64,000 nucleotides of DNA from a virus, in IMG/VR virus record IMGVR_UViG_3300021400_000020, positions 1 through 64,000 of that record; one strand, given 5' to 3'. The notes beneath the pieces were generated by a model that had not been told where the DNA came from, made no database searches, and saw only the letters and a list, made by a program, of their open reading frames with translations. A program made the translations under genes and the position numbers. Below, in pieces: positions 23,540 to 33,583 of this stretch (positions are counted from its first letter, which is position 1; each line of letters starts with the position of its first letter).

Positions 23540-25176
23540 AAGCATACACAAAAACACAAGCAGAAGTGAAGTCACTCCATGAGCGGCTTCACTCTCTTTC
23601 GGATGAAGAGAATCAAGAGTTGATTGATAAGGCTTACCCGATTTCAATCTTCTATCGCAGCAAGATTACAAATTGGTGTACTTGTTGTGGTAAATCGTGG
23701 ATTTCGTCGAATCTTGAAACCGTCTGCCCTTACTGCAAGAGTAATGGGCAGGTGGAAGTGTCACGAAAGCAGAAGTACGATGATAAGAGGATGGCACTTG
23801 TTGTTGACACGTTGGACGGATGGCAGGTACTCAGGTTCTTTGAGGTGTCCCGATGGTCGCGTAAAGACTCCGTTCATAATTCAAGCACCACGTTTGAAGT
23901 GGTGCAAGCCTGGTATCATCCAAGCGGCAAACGAGAAATCTTGCGTCGTCCTCGTCGCCCATTCTCTTACATGTGGGATGCTTTCACTTCTCTTCCAATG
24001 TGCTTCTCTCAGGAACGAGAACAGCAGCAGTTCGATTATAGTTCTCTCGGTTACAGTGTCGTGATTGAGAAGAATGTATTGAAAGAGTTTGAAGGATTTG
24101 CATTTGACGAAGACGATTGCTTTCAAGATATAAGTCGCGCTTCACTCTATTACATTCTGTCACGCCATCCTTTAGCCAACTCATTGATTAGGGACGGGCA
24201 TCTGGATTTGGTGAAGAAAGTTCTGAAAAGGGATTTAATCACACCTAAAATGATGGTTGCCTTGAATGTAGCCATTCGCCATAAGTTCAACTTCAAAAAG
24301 AATGATGTTTCCTCGTGGATGGACATGGTGAATGCTATGATATACTTAGGCGACGATATTTTGGATCCAAAAAATGTCGCACCTAAAAGAACTTTCATGG
24401 TGATGCACAACACAGCCATTAGTCGAATGGCTGCAGAACAGAAAAGACGTCGTAGATGGGCAGTGAAAAAGAAACTATTGAAAACGAAAATTCCAATGGT
24501 TGAAACGCTTATTAAGAGTAACGATGTTTGGGTTGAAAGACTCGCAAAACTGAGCGACTCACACCGACTCACAGCAGATTACCTGAACGCTATCAAGATT
24601 GCCCGCCGAACTTCTTACGATTTCGGCACTTTGCAAGACTTCTCTAAATGGTCAGATTACATCGCTAATCTGATAAGACTTGGGAAAGATATTCACAACG
24701 CATATTATGTTGCTCCTAAGTTGTTAGACGATGCATATCGCAAGTCTGTTAATCAGATTGAAAAGCACCGAATTCAGGAATTGATAGAACGAAATAAGCG
24801 TGAAGCACAAACCAAAAACGACCAATATGTGAAAAGCAAGGGTGCGTACTTCAACATCGACATTAACGATGGCGTTGTATTCTGCCATGTTCTTCAGAGT
24901 GTTGCAGAATTTGTTGAAGAGGGCGCGACGATGCACCACTGCGTTTATCAGATGGGCTATTACAATAAACCTAACTCGCTCATCCTCTCCGCACGAGTTG
25001 ACGGTAAGCGGATGGAGACAGTCGAAGTCAATCTGAGAGACTTCACCATTTCGCAAAGCCGAGCTGTTTGCAATGGCGTGAGCAAGTATCACAATGAAAT
25101 CGTTGAACTTGTGAATAGTCAGATGCACAAGATTCGTGAAGTGAGGGAAGCGAGCTTTAAAAAGAAAGCAGCATGA
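23536..25176 (+). CDS. PcfJ-like protein
   Basis: 546 aa from the ATG at 23536 (ATGA overlap with the upstream stop). CxxC pairs (CTCCG, CPYCK) near the N-terminus. C-terminal EGATMHHCVYQMGYY...LILSARVDGKRMETVEV. Confidence 0.5.
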   Translation: MKAYTKTQAEVKSLHERLHSLSDEENQELIDKAYPISIFYRSKITNWCTCCGKSWISSNLETVCPYCKSNGQVEVSRKQKYDDKRMALVVDTLDGWQVLRFFEVSRWSRKDSVHNSSTTFEVVQAWYHPSGKREILRRPRRPFSYMWDAFTSLPMCFSQEREQQQFDYSSLGYSVVIEKNVLKEFEGFAFDEDDCFQDISRASLYYILSRHPLANSLIRDGHLDLVKKVLKRDLITPKMMVALNVAIRHKFNFKKNDVSSWMDMVNAMIYLGDDILDPKNVAPKRTFMVMHNTAISRMAAEQKRRRRWAVKKKLLKTKIPMVETLIKSNDVWVERLAKLSDSHRLTADYLNAIKIARRTSYDFGTLQDFSKWSDYIANLIRLGKDIHNAYYVAPKLLDDAYRKSVNQIEKHRIQELIERNKREAQTKNDQYVKSKGAYFNIDINDGVVFCHVLQSVAEFVEEGATMHHCVYQMGYYNKPNSLILSARVDGKRMETVEVNLRDFTISQSRAVCNGVSKYHNEIVELVNSQMHKIREVREASFKKKAA

Positions 25177-25436
25177 AACTACAGAAACGGGATGCGAACG
25201 GAGTCCTTGTGTTCGACTCGTGGGACGAGGGCGTTCACTATTTCCGTTCTTCGCCATCATCCATTCTCAACCGCTACATTTGGCAAATGCTGAATTGGGG
25301 CTACACCGAAGCTGAAGAGGATGAGATTTGGAAACAGGCAAGAATAGCCGATACACTACCAGGGCGTATCGCTGATATGAAAGAGTTGGTCCGCCGACTC
25401 AGAACTACTGGAAACATTTTTATTTCAAACTTTTAA
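25173..25436 (+). CDS. Hypothetical protein
   Basis: 87 aa. ATGA overlap with the upstream gene. Confidence 0.55.
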   Translation: MKLQKRDANGVLVFDSWDEGVHYFRSSPSSILNRYIWQMLNWGYTEAEEDEIWKQARIADTLPGRIADMKELVRRLRTTGNIFISNF

Positions 25437-25450
25437 AACTTTACAACAAC
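25422..25450 (+). promoter_or_regulatory. Conserved upstream box, copy 2
   Basis: atttcaaacttttaaaactttacaacaac followed directly by the ardC-like ATG. Confidence 0.5.
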
Positions 25451-26662
25451 ATGAGAAAGAACGTAAAAATGTCCGACGCACAAATCGGACGCTATTCAGA
25501 GATGATTACTTCCGCATTGACAAGCATGGAGGAAACCGAGTGGCAGAAGCCTTGGAACACAACGATGGTAATGCCTAAGAACTTCTATCGCAAGAAGGAG
25601 TTCGGCATCATCAACAAGTTCATGCTGATGCTGATGGGAGCGAACAAGTACAAGGTTCAGCTTTACATGACACTCAACCAAATCAAGAACATCAACGGTA
25701 CATTCAAGTATGACGGACTCTCCATATCGAAAGGCGAACGTGCATACCCAGTTTGGAGCACGACGGTCTTCTATCGCAACGAAGACGGCGGCATCATCTA
25801 CCCTAAGCAGTATGACGAATTGCCAGAAGAAGAGAAGGAGGAGTTCACGAAATGTTTCGCAGACAAGATTTACCCTGAGTGGAACATCGAACAGACGAAC
25901 TTTGCAGAAATCTACCCTGAAGACTACGCGAAATTGCTTGAGCAGATGGAGCAGGAGAAAGACGACATCGCTTGCACCAATGAAGTGCTCGACAAGATGA
26001 TTGAGGGCGGCGAGTGGATTTGCCCAATCGGTTTTGGTGGCGGTTCTGCTTGCTTCTACCCTAACCAAAAACGTATTTCTCTCCCTTTACGTAGCACATT
26101 CATTAGCAATGCCGCTTTTTACGGGACAGCACTTCACGAGATGGCTCACTCCACTAAGATTGCAATCCGCCGCGACTTCGGCAAGAAGTCCTGGGGCGAC
26201 GAGGGATATGCGATTGAGGAACTTGTAGCGGAAATGACCTCTGCCATCCTCTGTATGCATGTTGGCATCGAAAAAACCATCGACGAACAACATAAGGCAT
26301 ACGTTACAAGTTGGCGTAAGGAAATCAAGAAAGAAAAGAACAAGTTCATTCCGCTTGTTATCAGCCACATCTTTGCAGCGGCTCGTCTGATGCTCCGCCA
26401 CTATGCAGAGGTGGAGAGTACGGGACATATTCAGCTCTCCGACCACGAGAAAGCAAAGGTGGTGACAGAAGCAGCTACACAGTTGCTGATGGACATCGAG
26501 GACGACCAACTCAAAATCACGGGAACTCCTTCCCCTGTTCAGGTTGAACAACTCGAAAAGGTGGGCGCCACCTACGACATCGACAATGGTGTGTATCGAG
26601 CACCGCTTGAGTTAATCACAGATATTTGCACGATTATAACAAACGTCAATGAGGCTGCATAA
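25451..26662 (+). CDS. ardC: ArdC-like antirestriction protein (ssDNA-binding N-domain + zincin HExxH)
   Basis: 403 aa. N-terminal WQKPW region, LHEMAHST (HExxH), and YAIEELVAEMTSAIL typical of ArdC. Confidence 0.75.
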   Translation: MRKNVKMSDAQIGRYSEMITSALTSMEETEWQKPWNTTMVMPKNFYRKKEFGIINKFMLMLMGANKYKVQLYMTLNQIKNINGTFKYDGLSISKGERAYPVWSTTVFYRNEDGGIIYPKQYDELPEEEKEEFTKCFADKIYPEWNIEQTNFAEIYPEDYAKLLEQMEQEKDDIACTNEVLDKMIEGGEWICPIGFGGGSACFYPNQKRISLPLRSTFISNAAFYGTALHEMAHSTKIAIRRDFGKKSWGDEGYAIEELVAEMTSAILCMHVGIEKTIDEQHKAYVTSWRKEIKKEKNKFIPLVISHIFAAARLMLRHYAEVESTGHIQLSDHEKAKVVTEAATQLLMDIEDDQLKITGTPSPVQVEQLEKVGATYDIDNGVYRAPLELITDICTIITNVNEAA

Positions 26663-26717
26663 CAATCAAATGGTAACGGGGAGACTAACCACCTCCCCAT
26701 CAATCAAAATCATCATC

Positions 26718-27113
26718 ATGGAAAGAAATTTAGAAGAAATCAAGCGTTGCAAGGCAATCACAGACATCACCCTCGCACAAGTCAAGGGTTCTTGTTCCTC
26801 GATGTTCGTGTTCTACTCTTGGGGTGTAAGTAAGTTGCTCTACTCCTTCTACAATGAGATGCCTACTCTTCAGATGAAAGTGTCTGGTGCAATCCACAAA
26901 GGATGGGTGCTTGTCTCGCTGAATGAGGGAAAAGACCTCTATGAGATTCGTCTTCTGAACAACAGAAAAGAATTGAAGAAGGAGGTGATAGACATTTATG
27001 CCGACCAACTCGGAAGCATCATCGACTCTCTGGTTGAGCGCCCTGAAGGATGCTCAGATGAATACTACCAGAAACTGATTGACATCGACAACAAAAAGAA
27101 ACATCTCGTATGA
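26718..27113 (+). CDS. Hypothetical protein (start chosen at ATG 26718)
   Basis: 131 aa. Confidence 0.55.
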   Translation: MERNLEEIKRCKAITDITLAQVKGSCSSMFVFYSWGVSKLLYSFYNEMPTLQMKVSGAIHKGWVLVSLNEGKDLYEIRLLNNRKELKKEVIDIYADQLGSIIDSLVERPEGCSDEYYQKLIDIDNKKKHLV

Positions 27114-27499
27114 ATCTCGACGAAGAAATGCTCCTCTGGGAGAAACGAAACACAGACGACTTCGGCTGTATGATGAACAAGTTGCAAGAAACCCTGAAAG
27201 ATTCCCTTTTGGAAGAGGAAAACGATTTGGGCTTCCGTGAAACTTGGCTTTCATCCATCACCACTCGCTATGTAATAAACGTATATGACTCTCCGCAAGC
27301 ATACTTGTGGGACACATTCTATAACCTCGTGAACTACGATTACATTGCCATCAACGACGATTGCACTATCAACGTAAGTAATTCCAACCATCCCGACGCG
27401 GCTCAACTCATTGCCGACTACCTTGCAGCGCATCCACTCTACCAGATGCCTGACTATTTGAGAGACAAATTGAATCAGTTACTAAAAGTTTTTAGATAA
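27110..27499 (+). CDS. Hypothetical acidic protein
   Basis: 129 aa. ATGA overlap with the upstream gene. Confidence 0.6.
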   Translation: MNLDEEMLLWEKRNTDDFGCMMNKLQETLKDSLLEEENDLGFRETWLSSITTRYVINVYDSPQAYLWDTFYNLVNYDYIAINDDCTINVSNSNHPDAAQLIADYLAAHPLYQMPDYLRDKLNQLLKVFR

Positions 27500-28056
27500 T
27501 GGCAAACTACGCAACAACAACTTACAAGATAGAGGGACCTTCGCCAATCCTTCAGAACCTTCACAACATGCTTGAATCCTTACGCAATGGCGACATCAAA
27601 CCATCGCAGGACTACCCAGAAGACTGGGAGGGCACAGTCATTCACCTTCTCGGAGGCTCTATCAAGGGTTACAGCATGAGAGGCACCATCACTGACAGCA
27701 ATCTCAATGATGGTGTACTCACCATCTATGCCGAAGAAGCCTGGTCAGTCACCGACTTCCGCCACGCTCTCACGGACGTCTATCCCGACCTCACAGTCTA
27801 TTTCCGCACCGAGGAATGTGGATGTGATGTATTTATCTCCAACGATGTTGACGGAAAATATTTCTCCGAGGACTGTCTTTTAGATGCTTGCTTCGATGGG
27901 GACGGCTACTCAGAGTATTTTGCTACCTACGAGGACGCCTGTCAGTATCTGCTGGAGCGGACGGGATTCTCCGACCCCGACAAGTATAACGAGTTGAATC
28001 CTGATGGCGACTCATTCGCTTATATTCACACATTCGAATTTTCAACAGAATTTTAA
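27499..28056 (+). CDS. DUF1281/Api92-like (ferredoxin-like) protein, tentative
   Basis: 185 aa. MANYATTTYKIEG start and ...YAEEAWSVTDF...YPDLTVYFRTEECG pattern. Confidence 0.35.
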   Translation: MANYATTTYKIEGPSPILQNLHNMLESLRNGDIKPSQDYPEDWEGTVIHLLGGSIKGYSMRGTITDSNLNDGVLTIYAEEAWSVTDFRHALTDVYPDLTVYFRTEECGCDVFISNDVDGKYFSEDCLLDACFDGDGYSEYFATYEDACQYLLERTGFSDPDKYNELNPDGDSFAYIHTFEFSTEF

Positions 28057-28057
28057 C

Positions 28058-28591
28058 ATGGAAAAGAACAATTCACTAAGAACACACCCTTTCACCTATG
28101 GGGAATTCTTTAACATGCTGATGGAGCAGGCAAAATCACAGAACGCTCCTTGCATCAACGACCTCGATTATGCAGATGCAAATTTCCTTCTTCGGGATCG
28201 CGACTTCACGTTTGCAGATGCAGAGATTCGCTCAGTCACCAGCTTCGGAGGTTCCGAGGGCATCTACACCGACTTCTTCCTCTTGTGCAATGATGGGCGT
28301 CGGCTCGACTTCGCCACGGCAAAGACACTCCTTGAAGACGATGAGACATTCGTCGCCATGCACACCTTTGCGGGAATGGTGACGCTGATAGGAAACCGTT
28401 ACATCCGTCAGCATGTACAGGATTTCGTCTGGACCGACTACTCCTATGGGTTTATCGAAGAGGACGGCAGTTTGACCTGCTATTGCTATCAAGGTACACT
28501 CGAAGACTACAAGCAGTTCTTGCAGTTGTGCAAGGAACAAGGCAAGAAACCTTATCTCATGGAAAACACAACGAAAAAGGTAATTCAGTAA
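28058..28591 (+). CDS. Hypothetical protein (start moved to ATG 28058)
   Basis: 177 aa. Confidence 0.6.
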   Translation: MEKNNSLRTHPFTYGEFFNMLMEQAKSQNAPCINDLDYADANFLLRDRDFTFADAEIRSVTSFGGSEGIYTDFFLLCNDGRRLDFATAKTLLEDDETFVAMHTFAGMVTLIGNRYIRQHVQDFVWTDYSYGFIEEDGSLTCYCYQGTLEDYKQFLQLCKEQGKKPYLMENTTKKVIQ

Positions 28592-28598
28592 AACAGTA

Positions 28599-28630
28599 GG
28601 GTAGGGTGCTCCCATCGCTGCACCCTGCCC
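28599..28630 (+). terminator. GC-rich hairpin after the 28591 stop
   Basis: GGGTAGGGTGC-N10-GCACCCTGCCC (one G-U pair). No T run. Confidence 0.4.
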
Positions 28631-28669
28631 ATCCCCTTTCAAACTTCAAACTTAAATACATCATCAACA

Positions 28670-31600
28670 ATGAAACGATTAGACAAAAACATCGAGGCAC
28701 TGAAGATTGCTATCGAAATTGCAAACTCACCACGCACATTGAATCAGAAAGAAGTAGAAGCACTCCAGGCTTATAGCGGATTTGGAGGTATCGACATTGC
28801 ACACCTGAACAACGAGGATGCAGAGACATTGCAGAACGTCGTTGAGACTATCTCCCAAATCACCAACGAACCAGCCGACACACTGATGCGCTCACTGAAG
28901 ACATCAACACTGACAGCCTTCTACACTCCTACCGTCATACCGCAAGCAGTCAGCATCGCCATGCAGCTTGCAGGACTCCAGCCGAAGCGCATCCTCGAAC
29001 CGTCTTGTGGCACAGGCAACTTCCTCCAGCCTTTCGTACAGTCCTACCCACAAGCAGCAACCATCGCTTACGAGATTGACGCAGTGACAGCTCTTGTCAC
29101 AAAGGCGCTCTATCCTAACACAGACCTACGCATTGCAGGATTCCAGACCATATCATCTTCCGACTTGAAGACATTCGACCTCACGGCAAGCAACATCCCA
29201 TTCGCTGACGTGAAAGTGTTTGACCCATCGTTCACTTCACCCGTCGAATTGGACGCTTGCCGCTCACTGCATAGCTATTTCGTGATGAAAGGTGTCTCCA
29301 CACTTCGCAACGGTGGAGTCCTTGCTTTCCTCACCACACAAAGCTATCTCAACTCCCTTACTCACATCGAACAAGTGCGCCACATCTTCCGCAATGCAAG
29401 ACTCGTGTCGGCAACACGATTGCCCAACAACCTCTTCGCTGATACTGAAGTCGGAACCGACCTCCTGATTCTTCAGAAGGAACTCGGCAAGGAAGAACTC
29501 ACCGCAAACGAATGGTTGCTGACTTCTTCAGCCGACAATGCGGATGGGGTTGTTCGCAACGCTTACTTCGAGTGTTTCCCTGAGCATTACATCTGCACAA
29601 GCAAGGAAGTGAAGCGAGGACTGTACGGAAAGCTCCAACTCGTCACCAAGCATGAGGGTGGTGTGAACGGCATCGCTGCCGACCTCTTTCAGCAGGTAAG
29701 CCGCGACTTCGCCACGAACATCAACGTTGCCCTCTTCAACAACAACTTCGCCAAACTGACGGCATCCACTTCGAAGACAACGACCCAGAAGCCTACCACG
29801 GAAAAGACTCGCCACGAGGACGAGCGCCTGTCATTACTTCAAGAAATTCTGAAGGCATACGACAAGCTCTATGCCTACGAGATGGAACAACAGCAGGAGA
29901 ACACCGAAATGAGAGACGAACTGAATCGTCTCTACGACCAGTTTGTTGCTCGATACGGACAACTCAACAAACCCAGTAATCGTTCCTTCATACGCTCCAA
30001 GAATCTATCTGACCTTCTTGCTTTGGAACTACAAGAAACAGCGGGCATCTTCGTAAAGGCTGACATCCTCCATCATCCAGTGGCATTCGACATCAACGAG
30101 AAGTCATCATTCGACAATGCACATGAAGCCCTCTCTGCATCGCTGAACAAGTTTGGCAAAGTGAATCTTCGGTATATGCAGGATGTGAGCAACCTGAGCG
30201 AGAAGGAAATCTTCTCGGAACTCGCTGGCGAGATTTTCTTCAACCCTCTCAAAAACGAATGGGAAATCAAGGAAATGTTTATCAGCGGCGACGTTATTAG
30301 TAAGGCTGACCGCATCGAGACCATCATGCCAAACGTCGCAAAGGAGAACGAACGATTTGCCAAGGAGTCGTTGGAAGCACTCCGCGCTGCCACTCCCACG
30401 CCCATCCTCTTCGCCGACCTCGACTTCAACTTGGGCGAACGCTGGATGTCTCCAGAAGTGTATGAGAATTTTGCAATGGACTTCTTCAATGTTCACAGCG
30501 ATAGGGAGAAGGCTATCTCGGTGGTGTTCTCTCCCGACCTCGACCAGTACGAAGTGAACCTCAATATATGGGGAAATGAGAGAATATATACAGAGTATGC
30601 CGTGGTAGGCGAGAATGTCACATACGACGGTATCGAACTCTTCACTCATGCCCTCCACAACACCATTCCTGCTATCAAGAAATGGAATGGAGAATACGAC
30701 GCAAACGGAAAGAAAATCATGGTTCGTGACGAAGAGCGTATCCAGTTCGCCACATCGAAGATAGAAGAAATTCGAGATGGTTTCTGCCAATGGCTCTTCA
30801 GGCAGCCTGTGGATTTCCAACTCCAACTACAAGACACCTACAACCGACGCTTCAATGCTTGTGTGCGACCTGCTTACAACGGTTCGCATCAGACTTTTCC
30901 AGACCTCGACCTCGACGCACTCGGTGAGAAGTACGGCATCCGACAAATCTATCAGTCCCAAAAGGATTGCATTTGGATGCTCAAACTGAATCAAGGTGGT
31001 ATATGCGACCATGAGGTAGGAACAGGCAAAACGCTGATTATGTGCATGACGGCACACGAGATGCACCGACTCGGCATCGCTCACAAACCTATCATCATCG
31101 CACTCAAGGCAAACGTCGCTGCCATTGCAGAGACTTACCAAACTGCATACCCTAACGCTCGCATCCTCTACGCATCTGAACAGGACTACAGCTCTGCCAA
31201 CAGAGCAGACTTCTTCCGCCGTGCCAAAAACAACGACTATGACTGCATCATCATGTCACACGAGCAGTTCGGCAAGATTCCTCAGTCGCTCGAAGTACAG
31301 CGCGACATCATCGAGGATGAACTCCGACAGCTCGACGATGCTCTCTACCACTTCCTCGAAACAGGTGGCAGCGATTCGTTCAAAATTCGCAAGGGACTTG
31401 AGAAGCGTCGTGAGAACCTGCACGCCAAACTGACAAAGCTGGAGTACGACATCAACCATCGCAAGGATGATGTTATAGACTTCGCCATGATGGGCATCGA
31501 CCACATCTTCGTGGACGAAAGCCATCAGTTCAAGAACCTCATGTTCTCCACTCGACATGAGCGTGTGGCTGGACTCGGAAACCCTACGGGAAGTCAACGA

Positions 31601-33478
31601 GCATTCAACTTGCTCATTGCCATCCGCACCATTCAGCGCAAGAAGCAAAGAGACCTCTGCGCCACCTTCCTCAGCGGCACGACCATCACCAACTCGCTCA
31701 CCGAACTCTTCTGTCTCTTCAAGTATATGCGTCCTCGTGCTCTCGCTCGTCAGAACATCTTCTGCTTCGACGCATGGGCTGCCATCTTCACTCGCAAGAG
31801 TACGGAATATGAATTCTCCATCACCAACGAGATTCAGAGTAAGGAACGTTTCCGCTACTTCATCAAGGTTCCCGAGTTGGCTGCCTTCTACAACGAAATC
31901 ACGGACTACCGCACGGCAGAGGATGTAGGCATCGACCGACCTGTCAAGAAAGAAATCCTTCACAACATCGCACCGACCGAAGACCAGAAGGACTTCATCG
32001 AACGATTGATGAAATTCGCTAAGGGTGGCAATTCCTCACTCATCTATCGTCCATTCCTCACCGACAAGCAACAAAAGGCAAGGATGCTCATCGCTACCGA
32101 TGCAGCACGCAAGATGGCACTCGACATGCGCTTGATTGAGCCAACCATCTTCGAGGATGATCCGAACAACAAGGCATCACACTGCGCTCAGATGATAGCA
32201 CACTATTACCACAAGTACGAGGAACAGAAAGGAACTCAGTTCGTGTTTTCCGACCTCTCCACTTGGCACTCCAACGACGAGTGGAATATCTACAACGAAA
32301 TCCGTCACAAACTCGAAGTGGAGTATGGCATCCCACGCTCCGAAATCAAGTTCATCCAGGAATGCAAGGGTGAAGCGGCAAGAACGAAAGTCATTCAGCA
32401 GATGAACGAGGGAAAGGTTCGCGTACTCTTCGGCTCCACGTCCATGCTCGGCACGGGTGTCAACGCTCAGCAACGGGCAGTGGCAGTACACCACCTCGAC
32501 ACACCTTGGCGACCATCAGACCTCGAACAGCGAAACGGACGTGCTGTCCGCAAGGGAAACCTCGTGGCAAAACAGTTCGCTAACAATCAGGTGGACGTCA
32601 TCATCTACGCCGTGGAACGCTCACTCGACTCCTACAAATTTAACCTCCTCCACCTCAAGCAGACCTTCATCCACCAGCTGAAGAGTGGCACACTCGCCAC
32701 ACGAACCATCGACGAGGGCGCAATGGACGAGAAATCGGGAATGAACTTCTCGGAATACATGGCAATCCTCTCTGGCAACACCGACCTGTTGGACCGCGCA
32801 AAGCTCGAACGCAAGGTGGCTGCACTCATGGCGGAGCGCAAGACCTACCAGCGCACCATGCACGAGGCTGCCGTGGAGCAAATCACCAAGCAGGAGAAAC
32901 TCAACACCAACGAAGAGCGCATAGCATCCATGCAGCGAGACCTCGACATCGTGAATGCCATCCCTCCATGCAAGGAAGGTGAAACCATCCTCCGCATCGA
33001 CGGATGTAAGGAGACCGACGAGAAGTCAATGGGTGAGCGCATCATCAAGTACGTTGAGAAAGCCAACACCAACGGAGCCTACATCCCAATCGGTTCCTAC
33101 GGGCAGTTCCCTGTCGTAGTCAAGTCGGAAACCGTCACCAACTCAACAGGAGACACACACACCGTCACTCGTATGTTTGTTCGTGGCGAAACAACTTACT
33201 ACTGCACCAACAACGGAAACGTGCCTATATCTCCTATCTATGCAGCACGTCAGCCACAGCAGTCACTCACCAAGATTCCGGCACTCATTGCCAAACTGAC
33301 TGAGGAAAACGTTCAGCTGGCTCGATCCATCGAAGAACTCACTCCAATCATCAACAAGCCTTGGCATAAGGAAGACGAACTGAAGAAGCTGCGCAATGAA
33401 CTTGCACAACTCGACAAGAAAATCGCAAGCTCCCTCAATGCACAAGAGCGTGAGATGTCCACGGAGGAAGAGGACTAA
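28670..33478 (+). CDS. Fused N6-adenine DNA methyltransferase / SNF2-DEAD-type helicase (polyvalent anti-restriction-type protein)
   Basis: 1602 aa. AFYTP, EPSCGTGNF (SAM motif I) and SNIPF (motif IV variant). Helicase motifs DHEVGTGKT, VDESHQFKN, SGTTITNS, GTGVNAQ and LEQRNGRAVRKGN. Confidence 0.85.
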   Translation: MKRLDKNIEALKIAIEIANSPRTLNQKEVEALQAYSGFGGIDIAHLNNEDAETLQNVVETISQITNEPADTLMRSLKTSTLTAFYTPTVIPQAVSIAMQLAGLQPKRILEPSCGTGNFLQPFVQSYPQAATIAYEIDAVTALVTKALYPNTDLRIAGFQTISSSDLKTFDLTASNIPFADVKVFDPSFTSPVELDACRSLHSYFVMKGVSTLRNGGVLAFLTTQSYLNSLTHIEQVRHIFRNARLVSATRLPNNLFADTEVGTDLLILQKELGKEELTANEWLLTSSADNADGVVRNAYFECFPEHYICTSKEVKRGLYGKLQLVTKHEGGVNGIAADLFQQVSRDFATNINVALFNNNFAKLTASTSKTTTQKPTTEKTRHEDERLSLLQEILKAYDKLYAYEMEQQQENTEMRDELNRLYDQFVARYGQLNKPSNRSFIRSKNLSDLLALELQETAGIFVKADILHHPVAFDINEKSSFDNAHEALSASLNKFGKVNLRYMQDVSNLSEKEIFSELAGEIFFNPLKNEWEIKEMFISGDVISKADRIETIMPNVAKENERFAKESLEALRAATPTPILFADLDFNLGERWMSPEVYENFAMDFFNVHSDREKAISVVFSPDLDQYEVNLNIWGNERIYTEYAVVGENVTYDGIELFTHALHNTIPAIKKWNGEYDANGKKIMVRDEERIQFATSKIEEIRDGFCQWLFRQPVDFQLQLQDTYNRRFNACVRPAYNGSHQTFPDLDLDALGEKYGIRQIYQSQKDCIWMLKLNQGGICDHEVGTGKTLIMCMTAHEMHRLGIAHKPIIIALKANVAAIAETYQTAYPNARILYASEQDYSSANRADFFRRAKNNDYDCIIMSHEQFGKIPQSLEVQRDIIEDELRQLDDALYHFLETGGSDSFKIRKGLEKRRENLHAKLTKLEYDINHRKDDVIDFAMMGIDHIFVDESHQFKNLMFSTRHERVAGLGNPTGSQRAFNLLIAIRTIQRKKQRDLCATFLSGTTITNSLTELFCLFKYMRPRALARQNIFCFDAWAAIFTRKSTEYEFSITNEIQSKERFRYFIKVPELAAFYNEITDYRTAEDVGIDRPVKKEILHNIAPTEDQKDFIERLMKFAKGGNSSLIYRPFLTDKQQKARMLIATDAARKMALDMRLIEPTIFEDDPNNKASHCAQMIAHYYHKYEEQKGTQFVFSDLSTWHSNDEWNIYNEIRHKLEVEYGIPRSEIKFIQECKGEAARTKVIQQMNEGKVRVLFGSTSMLGTGVNAQQRAVAVHHLDTPWRPSDLEQRNGRAVRKGNLVAKQFANNQVDVIIYAVERSLDSYKFNLLHLKQTFIHQLKSGTLATRTIDEGAMDEKSGMNFSEYMAILSGNTDLLDRAKLERKVAALMAERKTYQRTMHEAAVEQITKQEKLNTNEERIASMQRDLDIVNAIPPCKEGETILRIDGCKETDEKSMGERIIKYVEKANTNGAYIPIGSYGQFPVVVKSETVTNSTGDTHTVTRMFVRGETTYYCTNNGNVPISPIYAARQPQQSLTKIPALIAKLTEENVQLARSIEELTPIINKPWHKEDELKKLRNELAQLDKKIASSLNAQEREMSTEEED

Positions 33479-33489
33479 ACTCAACCATC

Positions 33490-33522
33490 GGTTTGCGGAA
33501 TGACTCACACATTCCGCAAACC
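33490..33522 (+). terminator. 13-bp perfect hairpin after the methyltransferase-helicase stop
   Basis: GGTTTGCGGAATG-actcaca-CATTCCGCAAACC. No T run. Confidence 0.5.
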
Positions 33523-33583
33523 TCCATCCAAAGATAACTAACTTAACAAGGGAGTAGCACCTGCCCTGAGTGGTGCGCTGAAT

